Positions 9,188-19,842 of a stretch of DNA of 32,000 nucleotides are shown piece after piece. Every line of letters begins with the position of its first letter. The first letter of the stretch is position 1. The stretch spans positions 52,116 to 84,115 of the forward strand of contig JAEOTM010000066.1 of assembly GCA_016839815.1 (NCBI GenBank). Reading direction: 5' to 3'. Under the pieces are notes generated by a model. The model worked only from the letters and a program-made list of their open reading frames with translations, did no database searches and was not told the DNA's origin. The DNA is from Candidatus Hodarchaeota archaeon (GTDB lineage Archaea > Asgardarchaeota > Heimdallarchaeia > Hodarchaeales > Hodarchaeaceae). Position numbers and translations under genes: made by a program.

Positions 9188-10267
9188 ATGATCATTGGTG
9201 TGATAGGATCAAGGGGAACAGTTCCTACTGCGAATAATGGTACAACATCATTCCTAGTAGATAATAAATTTCTGTTTGAATGTCCATCAGAAATTGTACA
9301 GGCCTTCCATCGATTTCAAAATAATTGGACAGAGGTTGTGGGGAGTGTGAAGAACACTGAACTTGAAGCATTAGGTCGGCCAACTTTTGGAAAAATATCC
9401 CATATCATTCTTTCCCACCTTCATTTTGATCATTGGGGAGGAATACCTCATATTTTACATCGAATTCTGCTTTTAGAACGAGAAAAACGCGAACGCGAAC
9501 CGATCCACCTGGTGATACCTAAAGGATCAACACTCCCTCTTCAAATGCGAATGAAACACACTTTCTCACTTGAAAATTCAGACTTTCCTCTGAATGATGA
9601 TGAGTTCCTCTATAGATTTTTAGCAATTGAAATTGGTTTGATAATTCAAAAAATCGTGAAGATTATCGTGATAGTCCCAGGAGAAACAATTATCCCAGAA
9701 TCAGGATATGAATTAAGCTGTGAACACAATTCTCATCTACCACAAGGGTCTGTTGCCTTTAAATTTTCTTCTAATAAGGTTAAACTGAATGTGAAGAAAG
9801 CAAGAAAGTTGGAAGTTCCTTTTAACTCGACTCTCAAACAAATTGAGACTAGTAAAGAACCTGTTATGGTTAAAGGAAACCTTATCAAACGGTCAGATAT
9901 TTTTCACGATATAAAGGTGAATCTAGGATATTCTGGAGACACCACCCTTAATTCTAAAGTTTTAGATTTTTTCTCAGATTGTCAAGTAATTATTCATGAA
10001 ACAACCTACCTGACTGTAGATGAAAGTTATCACTTAGACATTCATACAGATTTAGAATCATTAGTTGAGGCCTTAAAAGCCTTCAAAGAATTGTTTCTTT
10101 TATTACCCATCCATTTTTCTATCAGGCATAACTCTAACGAGATTAGACAAGCAATAGAAAAAGTTAAAACAAATCAATTTCAGATTTGTGATACTACAGC
10201 CACTTTCATTGTACATATGGATTATGAATCAATTATTGCTTTATATGAAAAGCCGAAGGATACTTGA
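9188..10267 (+). CDS. Metallo-beta-lactamase fold hydrolase (RNase Z/ElaC-like)
   Basis: The HxHxDH motif is LSHLHFDHWGG. A downstream GYSGDT and a late HET/H motif are present. There is a large internal insertion relative to short RNase Z. Confidence 0.55.
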   Translation: MIIGVIGSRGTVPTANNGTTSFLVDNKFLFECPSEIVQAFHRFQNNWTEVVGSVKNTELEALGRPTFGKISHIILSHLHFDHWGGIPHILHRILLLEREKREREPIHLVIPKGSTLPLQMRMKHTFSLENSDFPLNDDEFLYRFLAIEIGLIIQKIVKIIVIVPGETIIPESGYELSCEHNSHLPQGSVAFKFSSNKVKLNVKKARKLEVPFNSTLKQIETSKEPVMVKGNLIKRSDIFHDIKVNLGYSGDTTLNSKVLDFFSDCQVIIHETTYLTVDESYHLDIHTDLESLVEALKAFKELFLLLPIHFSIRHNSNEIRQAIEKVKTNQFQICDTTATFIVHMDYESIIALYEKPKDT

Positions 10268-11098
10268 TTAATCAACTATGATAGTTTTATCAAACCAAGA
10301 GGGTAAATTTGGATAACCTGCATCTTTAGCAATCTTCCTTAGGAGTTTCAACGTTCCTGACCCATACTGAAGTGCTTTCTTGGGTTGACTAGCCATTATG
10401 GGTGATAGGTCGAGATTCGAAGCCAATGCTCGAAGAATTGCTTTTCGTATCGGATGATCTCTCCTACCAATAATATGTTCCTTTATTGGTATAGATTTCG
10501 CATATTTAATCACATCTGGGGACAGAAAAGGATAAACCAATGATATACCGAAATAGTCACCAATCCGTTTTTCCATAACCATTTGGTCTGTAGTTAAAGA
10601 TAATAGATCTGAGTCCATCATTTTCCTTATTTTGATCTCACTGGAGTTCCTGTACAGCTCTACATACTTCTTATACCCTCCAAAAAGCTCATCTGCTCCT
10701 TGTCCTAGGAAAACATGTTTTATCCCGTTCAAACTCAGATAACGCATACCTACGAATAATGGTATAGCAATAAGTAACTTACTTATCTCAGAAACCACAT
10801 TCAGTTTTGATAAACTTTCGATTGTATTACTGATTACTGAATTATTGAGTGAACATAGATTTAGATCAATATTCAATTCTCGAGCTCCCTTCAAGGCATT
10901 CTCAATATCATAACTCCCTTTTACTCCAACCGTAACTGGGTGTATTCTGTTTACTCCGATCTCTTTTATCAAAATTCTTAATATAATCGAAGAATCAAGT
11001 CCTCCACTGTACAGAATTCCAATATTCTCATAACACAGATTTTGTCGGATAATGGATGTTAAGTGGTCTAATAATAAATTCAAACTAGTTCTCCTCAA
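10268..11098 (-). CDS. Asparagine-synthase-C-terminal-domain-like PP-loop ATP pyrophosphatase
   Basis: The PP-loop is ILYSGGLDSSII. GQGADELFGGY is typical of the AsnB synthetase domain. No glutaminase domain is present. Confidence 0.6.
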   Translation of the reverse strand: MRRTSLNLLLDHLTSIIRQNLCYENIGILYSGGLDSSIILRILIKEIGVNRIHPVTVGVKGSYDIENALKGARELNIDLNLCSLNNSVISNTIESLSKLNVVSEISKLLIAIPLFVGMRYLSLNGIKHVFLGQGADELFGGYKKYVELYRNSSEIKIRKMMDSDLLSLTTDQMVMEKRIGDYFGISLVYPFLSPDVIKYAKSIPIKEHIIGRRDHPIRKAILRALASNLDLSPIMASQPKKALQYGSGTLKLLRKIAKDAGYPNLPSWFDKTIIVD

Positions 11099-11168
11099 GA
11101 ATCACACGGAGGAAGATTTCTTTTGATTATTCTTCATGAGATATAGCCATATTGTTTGATTTAAATTT

Positions 11169-11927
11169 ATGACGCAAAAAATTTATGATTTACCAAAATC
11201 CAGAGATATTCGATCAGTAGATACCTTGAATAAATGTGAATTCAAAGTGAGAACTACCAATCCCAAAAAAGGCCTTAGAAAAAAATATGAAGCTATTTTT
11301 GCTCCTTTGGGCAAGTTTCTAGCAAATACATGGATTACTCCTAATATGATTTCTATGTTAAGTGTGGGAGCTAGTATCTGCAGTTGTATAGCGTATGCTA
11401 GTGTATCATCAGTAGGAGCTAGCTTAAGTTTGTTAGTGGGTACATTTTTACTAGGAGTATCTTCTTTATTAGATATGATGGACGGAAGTCTTGCAAGAGC
11501 AAGAGGAATTGCTGGTCATTTCGGAGCTTTATTAGATCGTACATTGGATAGAGTCTCGGAATTCTTTTTTCTATTAGGCATTATGATGGGGGGATATGTT
11601 CTCCCAGAATTAGTCTTCTTCTGCTTTGAGGGGATGATCCTAGCTAGTTACGTTCGGTCAACTGCAGAATTACGTGGAGGCTTGAACATGGAATCAACTC
11701 AAGGTATTTTTGAAAGAAAAGAAAAATTAACACTTTTAGCAATAGGTTGCCTACTCGAAATCCTCCTTCTCGAGGATATATTTACAGAATTTTGGCCGTT
11801 TACAGATTTTGGAATCTTAGCGATCATCATTTTGATAATTGGTATTGCATCAAATATCTCCGCTTTTCAACGGATTTTATTTGCCCAAAAATTCCATAAA
11901 CGGTCAGAATCGATGGATAAGAAATAG
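11169..11927 (+). CDS. CDP-alcohol phosphatidyltransferase family lipid synthase
   Basis: The signature D-x2-DG-x2-AR-x8-G-x3-D-x3-D is seen as LDMMDGSLARARGIAGHFGALLDRTLDRVSE. Several transmembrane helices are present. Confidence 0.8.
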   Translation: MTQKIYDLPKSRDIRSVDTLNKCEFKVRTTNPKKGLRKKYEAIFAPLGKFLANTWITPNMISMLSVGASICSCIAYASVSSVGASLSLLVGTFLLGVSSLLDMMDGSLARARGIAGHFGALLDRTLDRVSEFFFLLGIMMGGYVLPELVFFCFEGMILASYVRSTAELRGGLNMESTQGIFERKEKLTLLAIGCLLEILLLEDIFTEFWPFTDFGILAIIILIIGIASNISAFQRILFAQKFHKRSESMDKK

Positions 11928-11934
11928 GTTATAA

Positions 11935-13230
11935 TCAGAATTTCCGTTTTGGATTCTTTACTTTTATTTTCTTCTTACAGATTGGACAGAATCCACGAAT
12001 TTTTAACCATTCTGCTAAATGTGCATAGTGGGCAGGAGAGCCACATTCAGGGCACCGTACTAGTGTTTCGATATCAGAAACTTTAGTTCGACAAACAGAA
12101 CAGTTCTCTTCAACTCCCTCCTCTGAGGGAAAAACCATTGATAGAGAAGATGTCCCACCTACTGCAGCTATTTCCATCCTTTTTGCGCGTGTTCTAAATG
12201 TCTTAGCTGCTTCTTTTGAGCTCACAAGTTCTGAAGCTTGTTGATAAAGAGACGCAGAGTAGCTTGGGTTGTGTTCTTCATTAGCTAAAGCTGCTTCTGC
12301 GTATATAAATCCAGGAACTTCTTCGCCGAAGCTTTCAACCAGCTCTTCATATAGAGCTACAGACTGATTAAGATTTTTCTTTCTTAATAAATCTCTAGCT
12401 GAATCTAACACCTTTAATCTTCTATCAAATTCATTAATTTTTTCTCTTAACTGATTATTTTCGACTTTACTCTCTTCCTCATTTTCTGTATTCAATTTTC
12501 CAACTAATTCATTGGTAATACTTAGTGATCGTCTTACTTGTTCAATATCTCCTTTAATGAAACTCTTCTCTACATCATGGATATATCGCTCTATTGCCTT
12601 TTTTGGATGACTAGTTGTCGATAAATACTGCTTAGCAAGAGAATCAAAACCCTGTTTTTTTAATTCGGATGCTGCAGCAATTAATACCGTATTTGCTTCT
12701 TCCTCTGCTCCGATGGCCCTAAGAAGTTCAGATGCCTCTAGAAACTTTTGATTTGCATATGCATGTCGGGCTAAGTTCCTTATTGCTTGATCACGGTCAT
12801 GAATGTACTGTGAATTTTGATCAAGTACTTGGATTGCAGCTGGAATGAAATCGATTCCCCCTACGTCAATATAGGCTTTTGCAGCAGCAAAAGGCTTCCT
12901 AGCGAATACATAGGCTTTAGAAGATTTGTGTGGATCGTTTTTTGAGCTGTAAATTCTCGCCAGGTTAAGAAATGTTCTTTCTACATTGCGGGGAGAAAAT
13001 TTCCTCTCCAAACTCCTAAGGGCGAGAATTTGTGATGCTTCTGGCGTTCGCATCACCATATCTGCAGCTTGGCTGATTGAAATTCGAGAATAAATATCTA
13101 AAGCATCAAGATATCTCCCTTGTTGTTCTAGATTAATTGCATTTTGTGTTCTTTGATTTTTGGAACTCCAAAGCTTGCGTATGACTACTAGTATAATACC
13201 AATAACTACTAGACCTGTTATTATATCCAT
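11935..13230 (-). CDS. Membrane-anchored TPR/helical-repeat protein with C-terminal RING-H2-like zinc finger
   Basis: N-terminal TM helix IITGLVVIGIILVVI. Repeated A/Y/L-rich helical pairs and a coiled coil follow. The C-terminus is CSVC-x12-CPEC-x4-H-x2-H-LAEWL-x6-CPIC, eight cross-brace-spaced ligands. Confidence 0.65.
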   Translation of the reverse strand: MDIITGLVVIGIILVVIRKLWSSKNQRTQNAINLEQQGRYLDALDIYSRISISQAADMVMRTPEASQILALRSLERKFSPRNVERTFLNLARIYSSKNDPHKSSKAYVFARKPFAAAKAYIDVGGIDFIPAAIQVLDQNSQYIHDRDQAIRNLARHAYANQKFLEASELLRAIGAEEEANTVLIAAASELKKQGFDSLAKQYLSTTSHPKKAIERYIHDVEKSFIKGDIEQVRRSLSITNELVGKLNTENEEESKVENNQLREKINEFDRRLKVLDSARDLLRKKNLNQSVALYEELVESFGEEVPGFIYAEAALANEEHNPSYSASLYQQASELVSSKEAAKTFRTRAKRMEIAAVGGTSSLSMVFPSEEGVEENCSVCRTKVSDIETLVRCPECGSPAHYAHLAEWLKIRGFCPICKKKIKVKNPKRKF

Positions 13231-13589
13231 TTACGTAGATTACCACCTAGAAATTTTACCGATTTTGCCAGATACCGACATTGAATATTCTGGGCAATTT
13301 ATTACAGATTAAGGTTTATAGAGAATCCTGATATGCCAGATTATTGACTTTGATAAACTAATTGTTCTCAATTTTTTAAGATTTTTCTGTTTCGGAATAT
13401 ATACTTCCAGTTCCTCATCTGATGGATAAATCGATTCCAATTCTCACCTCCTGAAGAAGGAAAAATCGATTACTTGTGGTTTTTCTTTGAGATCAAATGT
13501 CTGTATTCAGTAATTTGAATTCTACTCTAAATCTGAGTTTTAGGACTTTCCGTCATAACATCTAGAAGACATGTGTCTATTAATTCTAA

Positions 13590-13934
13590 ATGCAGTCATT
13601 TCAGCTTATCAGAGAACAGAAGGAAAAAAAAATGTCTTCTTGGCAATCATTCTTTAACCAGTTAACAAAAACTTCGAAGCAGGGCAATCAAAGATCTATC
13701 AATATTATATGCCATTGTGTGAAAGGGAAATTGGAAGTTACTAAGGATTTTGAACTTAAAACATATAATAATTGTTCTATGAACTCATTTTGTGCCATAA
13801 TCCAAGTAGATAAATACAGAGCTAAAACCTTCAGTAATAAGATTTCTTTTGTCCCACATACACCAATAGTCGAAGAGGAAAACCCTCAGAAAACGATCAT
13901 TGACCTTGATCATTTATTTGAAGAGAAATTATAA
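13590..13934 (+). CDS. Hypothetical small protein
   Basis: 114 aa ORF in an otherwise empty 700-nt gap. No recognisable motif and no clear ribosome-binding site. Weak support. Confidence 0.25.
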   Translation: MQSFQLIREQKEKKMSSWQSFFNQLTKTSKQGNQRSINIICHCVKGKLEVTKDFELKTYNNCSMNSFCAIIQVDKYRAKTFSNKISFVPHTPIVEEENPQKTIIDLDHLFEEKL

Positions 13935-13948
13935 GATTAAAAAACTTT

Positions 13949-16219
13949 TTATTGTGTTTCTATTGTTCCTGCTATCTTCCTTATAGCTTTTACCAGAAGC
14001 CCATTAGCTTCTTTCCAATGTAAACCTGTTTTTCCTAAAGTTTGTCCCCAAGTTCTTCCTTGAAGAATTCGAGATATTAAGAGTAATTTTTGAGATGTGC
14101 TCAATTTAATATCTAAGGGTTTAGCAAAATATGTTATCGTTAGTTCATATAGGACATCTACAACTAGTAAAAAGTTGATATTTCCTTCAATGTATTTTCT
14201 TAATCTGTAATATCCACTCTTAGAAATCCTAGTAGTATAATCAGATGTTGAGATACACGACTGTATGATTAGAAGGGCCAATTCTGGTTTAAGATCAAAT
14301 AATGATTGTTTTAGTAGGTGTACGAACTGGAAAAAGAAATCACTTGAAGCTTGCTCAACTACAACCTTGGCTTGATCTGAGAGTGGCTTAATAAGTACGA
14401 CATTCCATTCTGAAGTTTCGGGGGTTTTTATTGGTCTTATTTGGACAACTTTGAACCCAAATTTCTTCCAGAATTTAACTAATTTTTCTGTTGCCCCGAA
14501 ACTCACGCCGATCCAATCTAATGAGTGATAATTCTTAATTATTCGTTCAACAGCCATTCTTCCTAAACCTTTATTCCTAAAATCAGGATGAGAAGCAATT
14601 CTAACAATTCTCATTCCCTTTAATTTCGCAAATTTGCGGGAGAATTGCCTTATAGCAATACCTGGAATTAAGTTCCCCTCGATAAATTCACCTTGACTCC
14701 CTTTCTCAATTAAGTTATCGGTTAATCCCCCCTCTTCCGCTAATTGGCAGGCCAAGAGAATCCCACTTTTATTATTTTGGTTTGAATAATTAAGATATGC
14801 AAGAAAATGGCGATTAGAATCAGCGATTAATAAAAGATCATTAGGTTGGTTCCTATAATGCGAAAAAATCAGTAAGCCCATTATATTTTTTAATAATTCA
14901 AAATTTCTTCCTCGAAATAATTCAGGTGGCGATTTGAGTTGTACAAATTCAATGTCTTTCTCTGAAGCCTTAAAAGTATTCGATTCGATTAGTGGTGGTT
15001 CTACTTGTAGTAAGAATGTATCATTCAGGAGCTGTTCTATAAGATCATTCTTAGCATACCGAATCGGCTCTTCTAAGTCATATTGATGATAAGAGAAATT
15101 AGGTCGACGTTTGAGACTGTCCACAATCTTGTGTTGGAAGCTTCTCCCCGTCCCCTCATAACCATGAATGGTTGAAATCAGGACCTTTCTAGATTTGCTG
15201 TAAAGAACTTCAGTCATTTTTTCAGGTGGAAACGCAGCTGCTTCATCTACGACTATTATATCTGCATGAATATCTTTTGATACCTGTTCTGGCTTACAGT
15301 ATTCGATCTTTTTCCTCCTTGTAATACTTATTCCAACCACTTGCTCATTCTTTCTTTGATAATGGTAAATTACCCCAGATTTTTCTAATCCTAAAGCAAT
15401 GAATCCGAAGATGGTCTGTGTTTGGGTAACTGTCAGAGCCGTAATGACAATTCTTGTTTTGTCACTACCGCTTTTGATTATTGCATCAGCAATTATTAAG
15501 CCGACAGCGGCAGATTTTCCTCTTCCCCGATCTGCAATTATGATACTTACCTTATTTTTCTTAGTATCTCCTCCTAGGTCTTTAGATAAGGTTTTAATCA
15601 ATTTTTTCTGATCAGTGGAGACAGGAATTTTTAAAAATTCTTCGGAGAGAATTTCCCTCATTGAGATAGGGTTATAGTAAGGAATAAGATCGAGCTCCTC
15701 ATTACTCAAGCTGATACAGTTTGGATTATCTTTGAAGTTTTCTAGAAAGAATTTTAACAAACTGGATTCCTCAGAATATTCAAAACGATCTTTATTTACA
15801 TTTTGAATCCATAATTCGTGCTTTTCTCCAAGAAGGATAATCAATCCTCCCCCAACAACGGTTTCAGTTGCTAAAATCAATTTATTTGGATCAAATCGTC
15901 GTTTCTGGTCAATTAAAATGAAATCGTTTGTGGCTCCTAAGAGATTCTGGAGTTTATTATTTGAGTATTTCTTCACATTCGGAAATAATTTCACTTGATC
16001 TGAGATTCTATCAAACGAAGAGTCTTGAAATAATGAAGCATTGTCAATTATCGCACCTCGGGTGGAAAACTGTTCAGATTCAATGAGAAAATTGAAGAAA
16101 TTTTCTAAAGACTTGATAGCTTGCCTAAAATCAGAAAATAGGATAAAATTTCTCGAATCAATTTCTTTATGGTCACAATTATTAGAGAAAATCGACATAT
16201 TGATTCTTCTCTTATTCAA
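13949..16219 (-). CDS. tmcA: tRNA(Met)/RNA cytidine acetyltransferase TmcA (NAT10/Kre33 homolog)
   Basis: Helicase-like P-loop ADRGRGKSAA and DEAA Walker B (VVDEAAAFP). GNAT segment RIASHPDFRNKGLGRMAVERI. About 750 aa, typical for TmcA. The listed TTG start overlaps the upstream stop by 8 nt; an alternative ATG is at 16198. Confidence 0.85.
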   Translation of the reverse strand: MNKRRINMSIFSNNCDHKEIDSRNFILFSDFRQAIKSLENFFNFLIESEQFSTRGAIIDNASLFQDSSFDRISDQVKLFPNVKKYSNNKLQNLLGATNDFILIDQKRRFDPNKLILATETVVGGGLIILLGEKHELWIQNVNKDRFEYSEESSLLKFFLENFKDNPNCISLSNEELDLIPYYNPISMREILSEEFLKIPVSTDQKKLIKTLSKDLGGDTKKNKVSIIIADRGRGKSAAVGLIIADAIIKSGSDKTRIVITALTVTQTQTIFGFIALGLEKSGVIYHYQRKNEQVVGISITRRKKIEYCKPEQVSKDIHADIIVVDEAAAFPPEKMTEVLYSKSRKVLISTIHGYEGTGRSFQHKIVDSLKRRPNFSYHQYDLEEPIRYAKNDLIEQLLNDTFLLQVEPPLIESNTFKASEKDIEFVQLKSPPELFRGRNFELLKNIMGLLIFSHYRNQPNDLLLIADSNRHFLAYLNYSNQNNKSGILLACQLAEEGGLTDNLIEKGSQGEFIEGNLIPGIAIRQFSRKFAKLKGMRIVRIASHPDFRNKGLGRMAVERIIKNYHSLDWIGVSFGATEKLVKFWKKFGFKVVQIRPIKTPETSEWNVVLIKPLSDQAKVVVEQASSDFFFQFVHLLKQSLFDLKPELALLIIQSCISTSDYTTRISKSGYYRLRKYIEGNINFLLVVDVLYELTITYFAKPLDIKLSTSQKLLLISRILQGRTWGQTLGKTGLHWKEANGLLVKAIRKIAGTIETQ

Positions 16220-16775
16220 CTTTGATTTTCGTTACCCGTTTCTTCATTGTAGCTAGAATATCATTACAGACTTTAAGTGCCATCTCGTGTTCTTTTTTTA
16301 TTGCTTCAACTTCGGAAACAATTTGTTTCTGGTCAGAATGAGATATCCGCTTATTGAGTAGCTGTTTAATTGTATTTAAACGTGGAAAGCTACTACAAAT
16401 TTGAGATTGCCTATCTCTTATTAATTTAGTTTCTGGCTTTTGAATAAACTTTGCTACGCCTGGAAATAGTGTATAATAAAGACGAGGTCTACCAGGACCT
16501 TCTCCAGGTCTTTCTTTTCCAATGACAAGGTTTTGTTTCTTCAAAACATCTAGATGTCGAATGACGGACTGAGGATGATCATTTAATCGCTTTACAAGAT
16601 CATTAACGAATCCCTCCTCTTGCGCTAACTCAACCAGCATCCTTCTTCTTGTTCGATTGGAGAGTAAGTGTAAAATTTTGTCGATTTCTTGATAATTCAG
16701 AGACTTATTACTCTCAATCTGGTATGAAAGGATTTTAAGTATCAATTCTATCTCATCATTTGGATTATTACTCAT
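16212..16775 (-). CDS. ArsR-type winged-helix transcription regulator with C-terminal helical extension (Phr-like heat-shock regulator candidate)
   Basis: The wHTH segment is SNRTRRRMLVELAQEEGFVNDLVKRLNDHPQSVIRHLDVLKKQNLV, followed by a wing (GRPRLYYTL) and a long C-terminal helix. The gene is embedded in the hsp20-cdc48 gene string. Confidence 0.6.
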   Translation of the reverse strand: MSNNPNDEIELILKILSYQIESNKSLNYQEIDKILHLLSNRTRRRMLVELAQEEGFVNDLVKRLNDHPQSVIRHLDVLKKQNLVIGKERPGEGPGRPRLYYTLFPGVAKFIQKPETKLIRDRQSQICSSFPRLNTIKQLLNKRISHSDQKQIVSEVEAIKKEHEMALKVCNDILATMKKRVTKIKVE

Positions 16776-16788
16776 TCATTTCACCCTA

Positions 16789-17592
16789 TTACGTAAAGAA
16801 TTGAGAATCAGATGAGGAAAATTTGTTATTTTTAATTTTATTACTATTTGATGTTAGGAATGTACTTTTAAAGATGTCTACTTCCTTTAAGAGATTCGAA
16901 AAATCAGGTTCAATTTCAAATTCATGTGCAAGAATTTTTAATAGCTCTAATGCAGATTCAGGATCATACTCTGCAAATGAATCCACAGTAAGCAATTCAA
17001 TTGGGATATTTTCATTATTGAAATAGTAAGTTAGGAAAGAGCTCGCAGCTTGCCCCATCATTGTAAAATCAGAGGTTGATTGCTTTGGAAATTCCACACG
17101 AGATCCAGATGAATTCAATCGATGTACCTGTGGAGGTGCTGATATTTCTCTTCGAAAATTATGCACTCCATCGATAATAATAATCTTAGAAGGTTTAAGA
17201 TTCAAGTAAAACGACCACAATTCCTCTGAAAGTTGGTAACTTATCACATCGGGAATTGCGAAGCTGCTTGTTGTAAGAATAAAACGGTGTGAGCCAATTT
17301 GGACTTGAACTAGGGAGATAGGTAGTAAGATGTCTTCAGAAATAAGTTGAACCATCTCATTGAAATAACTAGAAAAGACACCTGCAAGCTTTAAATTTTT
17401 TTGACTGAGAGCCTGGAGTTCTTTTGTAATGGTCTGTGCAACTGCTCCGTAATAACCTAACAGTTCAATTATGATAATGCCTTCAACATTTTCAGGAACG
17501 TGTCTCCCAAGAAATCTTAGTGTTTCCTCTTCATCAGCTTTTTCTAACCAGTCCTCAATTTCTTCAGTAAATTTTTCAAGATACATTATCAT
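16789..17592 (-). CDS. PAC2-family (proteasome assembly chaperone 2-like) protein
   Basis: Size is about 267 aa. The N-terminal segment IIIELLGYYGAVAQ resembles the PAC2 GxxGxGxVG region. An acidic helical C-terminus is present, and the gene sits next to cdc48. The call rests on resemblance only. Confidence 0.4.
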   Translation of the reverse strand: MIMYLEKFTEEIEDWLEKADEEETLRFLGRHVPENVEGIIIIELLGYYGAVAQTITKELQALSQKNLKLAGVFSSYFNEMVQLISEDILLPISLVQVQIGSHRFILTTSSFAIPDVISYQLSEELWSFYLNLKPSKIIIIDGVHNFRREISAPPQVHRLNSSGSRVEFPKQSTSDFTMMGQAASSFLTYYFNNENIPIELLTVDSFAEYDPESALELLKILAHEFEIEPDFSNLLKEVDIFKSTFLTSNSNKIKNNKFSSSDSQFFT

Positions 17593-17608
17593 TCATCTCT
17601 ATGAATTT

Positions 17609-19807
17609 TCATATATTTGTATTTTGCCCATGTATCGAAGATTTACGAATAACCTCTATTGCTTTCTCAAAATCACTCTTTCTTATCAGTGGTTTTTTTG
17701 ATTCAGTTATTTTTTGAACTTCTTGATTTGTAGGTTGAGGATTACTCTCCATTACTTGGGATAAAACTCTTGATGTTGCGTAAGAAGATGCGAGATTTAC
17801 AACACCCTGTAAATCTGCTCCACTAAAACCCTCAGTAAGTTCTGTTAACGAACTTATGGAAATTTTTGGATCCAAAGGTCTATTTTTACAATGAATCGCA
17901 AAAATTTTCTCTCTTGCAGATGAGTTGGGTAGAGGTAGATCAATAATATTATCGAATCTACCTGGACGTAGAACTGCTGGATCTAACATATCGGGACGAT
18001 TAGTAGCACCAATAACAATTATATCGTCAATCTCCTCTAGACCATCCATCTCTGTGAGTAATGTAGTAACTAATCTTTCAGAACTAGCATTAGACTCCTT
18101 ACGTATAGGAAAAATTGTTTCTATTTCATCAAAGAATATTATACATGGAGAAGTTAATCTTGCTTTTCTGAAAATTTCTTGAACTGTTCGTTCGCTTTCC
18201 CCAATCCATTTAGAATAAATTTCAGCCCCCTTTATAGAAATAAAATTTCTGGAGGATTGGTTTGCTACTGCTTTCACTAATAGCGTCTTTCCTGTACCTG
18301 GTAAACCTGTTAATAATATCCCTCGGGGTGATTCACTCCCCATATACTTGTATAAGGAAGGAAAGATAGTTGGCCATTCAATTGATTCACGTAAACGCTG
18401 TTTTACATCATCCAACCCACCTATATCATCCCAAGTTACGTTGGGAATATCTATCAAAACTTCTCTCAAAGCACTTGGTTTTATCCCTCTTAAAGCGTTT
18501 TCAAAATCATCTGAGGTAACCGAAATCTGATTTAATAATTCTAAAGGAATTGATTCTCCCCAGACTATCTTCGGAAAAAGTCGTCGAATTGCTTTCATTC
18601 CTGCTTCCTTGGTTAAGGATGAAAGGTCAGCTCCCACAAATCCCAGAGTACGTTCTACAATCTTATTTAAATCAACATCTTCGCTTAATGGCATATATCG
18701 CGTTTGAATCTCGAGAATGACTTTTCTAGCATCAGAAGTCGGCACTGGAATTTCAATTTCTCTATCAAATCTTCCAGGTCTTCTTAATGCTGGATCAATT
18801 GAATTTGGACGGTTGGTTGCGCCTATAACAATGATTTCTCCTCTTCCGCTTAAGCCATCCATTAAAGATAACATTTGTGAAACAATACGCCTTTCTACTT
18901 CCCCAGATCCTTGATCGTCCCTCTTTGGTGCTATACTATCAATTTCGTCAATGAAGATAATACTCGGTTCATTCTCCCCTGCTTCATCGAATATTTCCCT
19001 AATTTTCTGTTCGCTTTCTCCGTAAAACTTGGACATGATTTCTGGTCCAGAAACATGTATAAAATGCGAAGCTGATTCACTAGCAACTGCTTTTGCAAGT
19101 AAAGTTTTCCCAGTTCCAGGTGGTCCATGAAGTAATACACCTTTTGGCGGATTCACCCCCAAGCGTTGAAAGAGCTCTGGATAACGCATGGGAAGTTCAA
19201 CCATTTCTCTTAAATTTTTAATTGTGTCATCCAATCCGCCAATATCTTCATATGAAACCTTTGGAATTGCTTTGCTATCCATCTGTTCCTTTTGGGATAG
19301 AAAATCTTCTGATTCAATCAGAATTTTGGTTTCCTTGTTCACTATAACTGATTCGTTGTCTGGTTGGACTCCTACTACTTTATACTCAAAGATATTATCC
19401 ATCGAGCCAAATCGCATTCTGTCTCCGACTGAAAGCGCTCTTCCCTGTAGTTTCTGATGGAAAAACGCTTTTGCATTACCAAGGGTATTTGGTGAGAGAG
19501 ACTGAAGAGTGATTGACACTGCATTGAGAGTTACCGCTCTCCGGACTAAAATATAATCATCCAGATGAACACCAGCATTTTGTCTGGTAATTCTATCAAT
19601 AAGTATTTTATCGGCCGCTTCATCTTCTGAATAAGCGGGCCAAACAATTACAGAAGTTTTTAATGAATTCTTACCTTCTACTTCAATTACATCACCAGAG
19701 TGTAATTTAAGATTCTGCATGATTCTCTTGGGTATCCGTGCAATCCCTTTCCCAACATCACGGTACTTCGCTTCAGAAACTTTTAGCTGGTGTTCATTGG
19801 ATTTCAT
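17609..19807 (-). CDS. cdc48: CDC48/VCP/p97-type AAA+ ATPase (N domain plus D1 and D2)
   Basis: Two Walker A motifs (GPPGTGKT and GLPGTGKT). Two Walker B motifs (IIFIDEID and IIFFDEIE). Second-region-of-homology motifs GATNRP...[10 protein letters not shown] occur twice. The N-terminal double-psi barrel begins LKVSEA...GIARI. Confidence 0.9.
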   Translation of the reverse strand: MKSNEHQLKVSEAKYRDVGKGIARIPKRIMQNLKLHSGDVIEVEGKNSLKTSVIVWPAYSEDEAADKILIDRITRQNAGVHLDDYILVRRAVTLNAVSITLQSLSPNTLGNAKAFFHQKLQGRALSVGDRMRFGSMDNIFEYKVVGVQPDNESVIVNKETKILIESEDFLSQKEQMDSKAIPKVSYEDIGGLDDTIKNLREMVELPMRYPELFQRLGVNPPKGVLLHGPPGTGKTLLAKAVASESASHFIHVSGPEIMSKFYGESEQKIREIFDEAGENEPSIIFIDEIDSIAPKRDDQGSGEVERRIVSQMLSLMDGLSGRGEIIVIGATNRPNSIDPALRRPGRFDREIEIPVPTSDARKVILEIQTRYMPLSEDVDLNKIVERTLGFVGADLSSLTKEAGMKAIRRLFPKIVWGESIPLELLNQISVTSDDFENALRGIKPSALREVLIDIPNVTWDDIGGLDDVKQRLRESIEWPTIFPSLYKYMGSESPRGILLTGLPGTGKTLLVKAVANQSSRNFISIKGAEIYSKWIGESERTVQEIFRKARLTSPCIIFFDEIETIFPIRKESNASSERLVTTLLTEMDGLEEIDDIIVIGATNRPDMLDPAVLRPGRFDNIIDLPLPNSSAREKIFAIHCKNRPLDPKISISSLTELTEGFSGADLQGVVNLASSYATSRVLSQVMESNPQPTNQEVQKITESKKPLIRKSDFEKAIEVIRKSSIHGQNTNI

Positions 19808-19842
19808 CTTGCGTAACTCCAGAAGATATTACTCTGATAGAC

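Noticed and set aside
17925-19457. Several 60-89 aa plus-strand ORFs (17925-18182, 18348-18530, 18717-18914, 19188-19457) and the minus-strand ORF 18931-19140.
   Set aside because: All lie inside the strongly supported cdc48 gene, in other frames or on the opposite strand. They are Ser/Ile/Leu-rich with no motifs.
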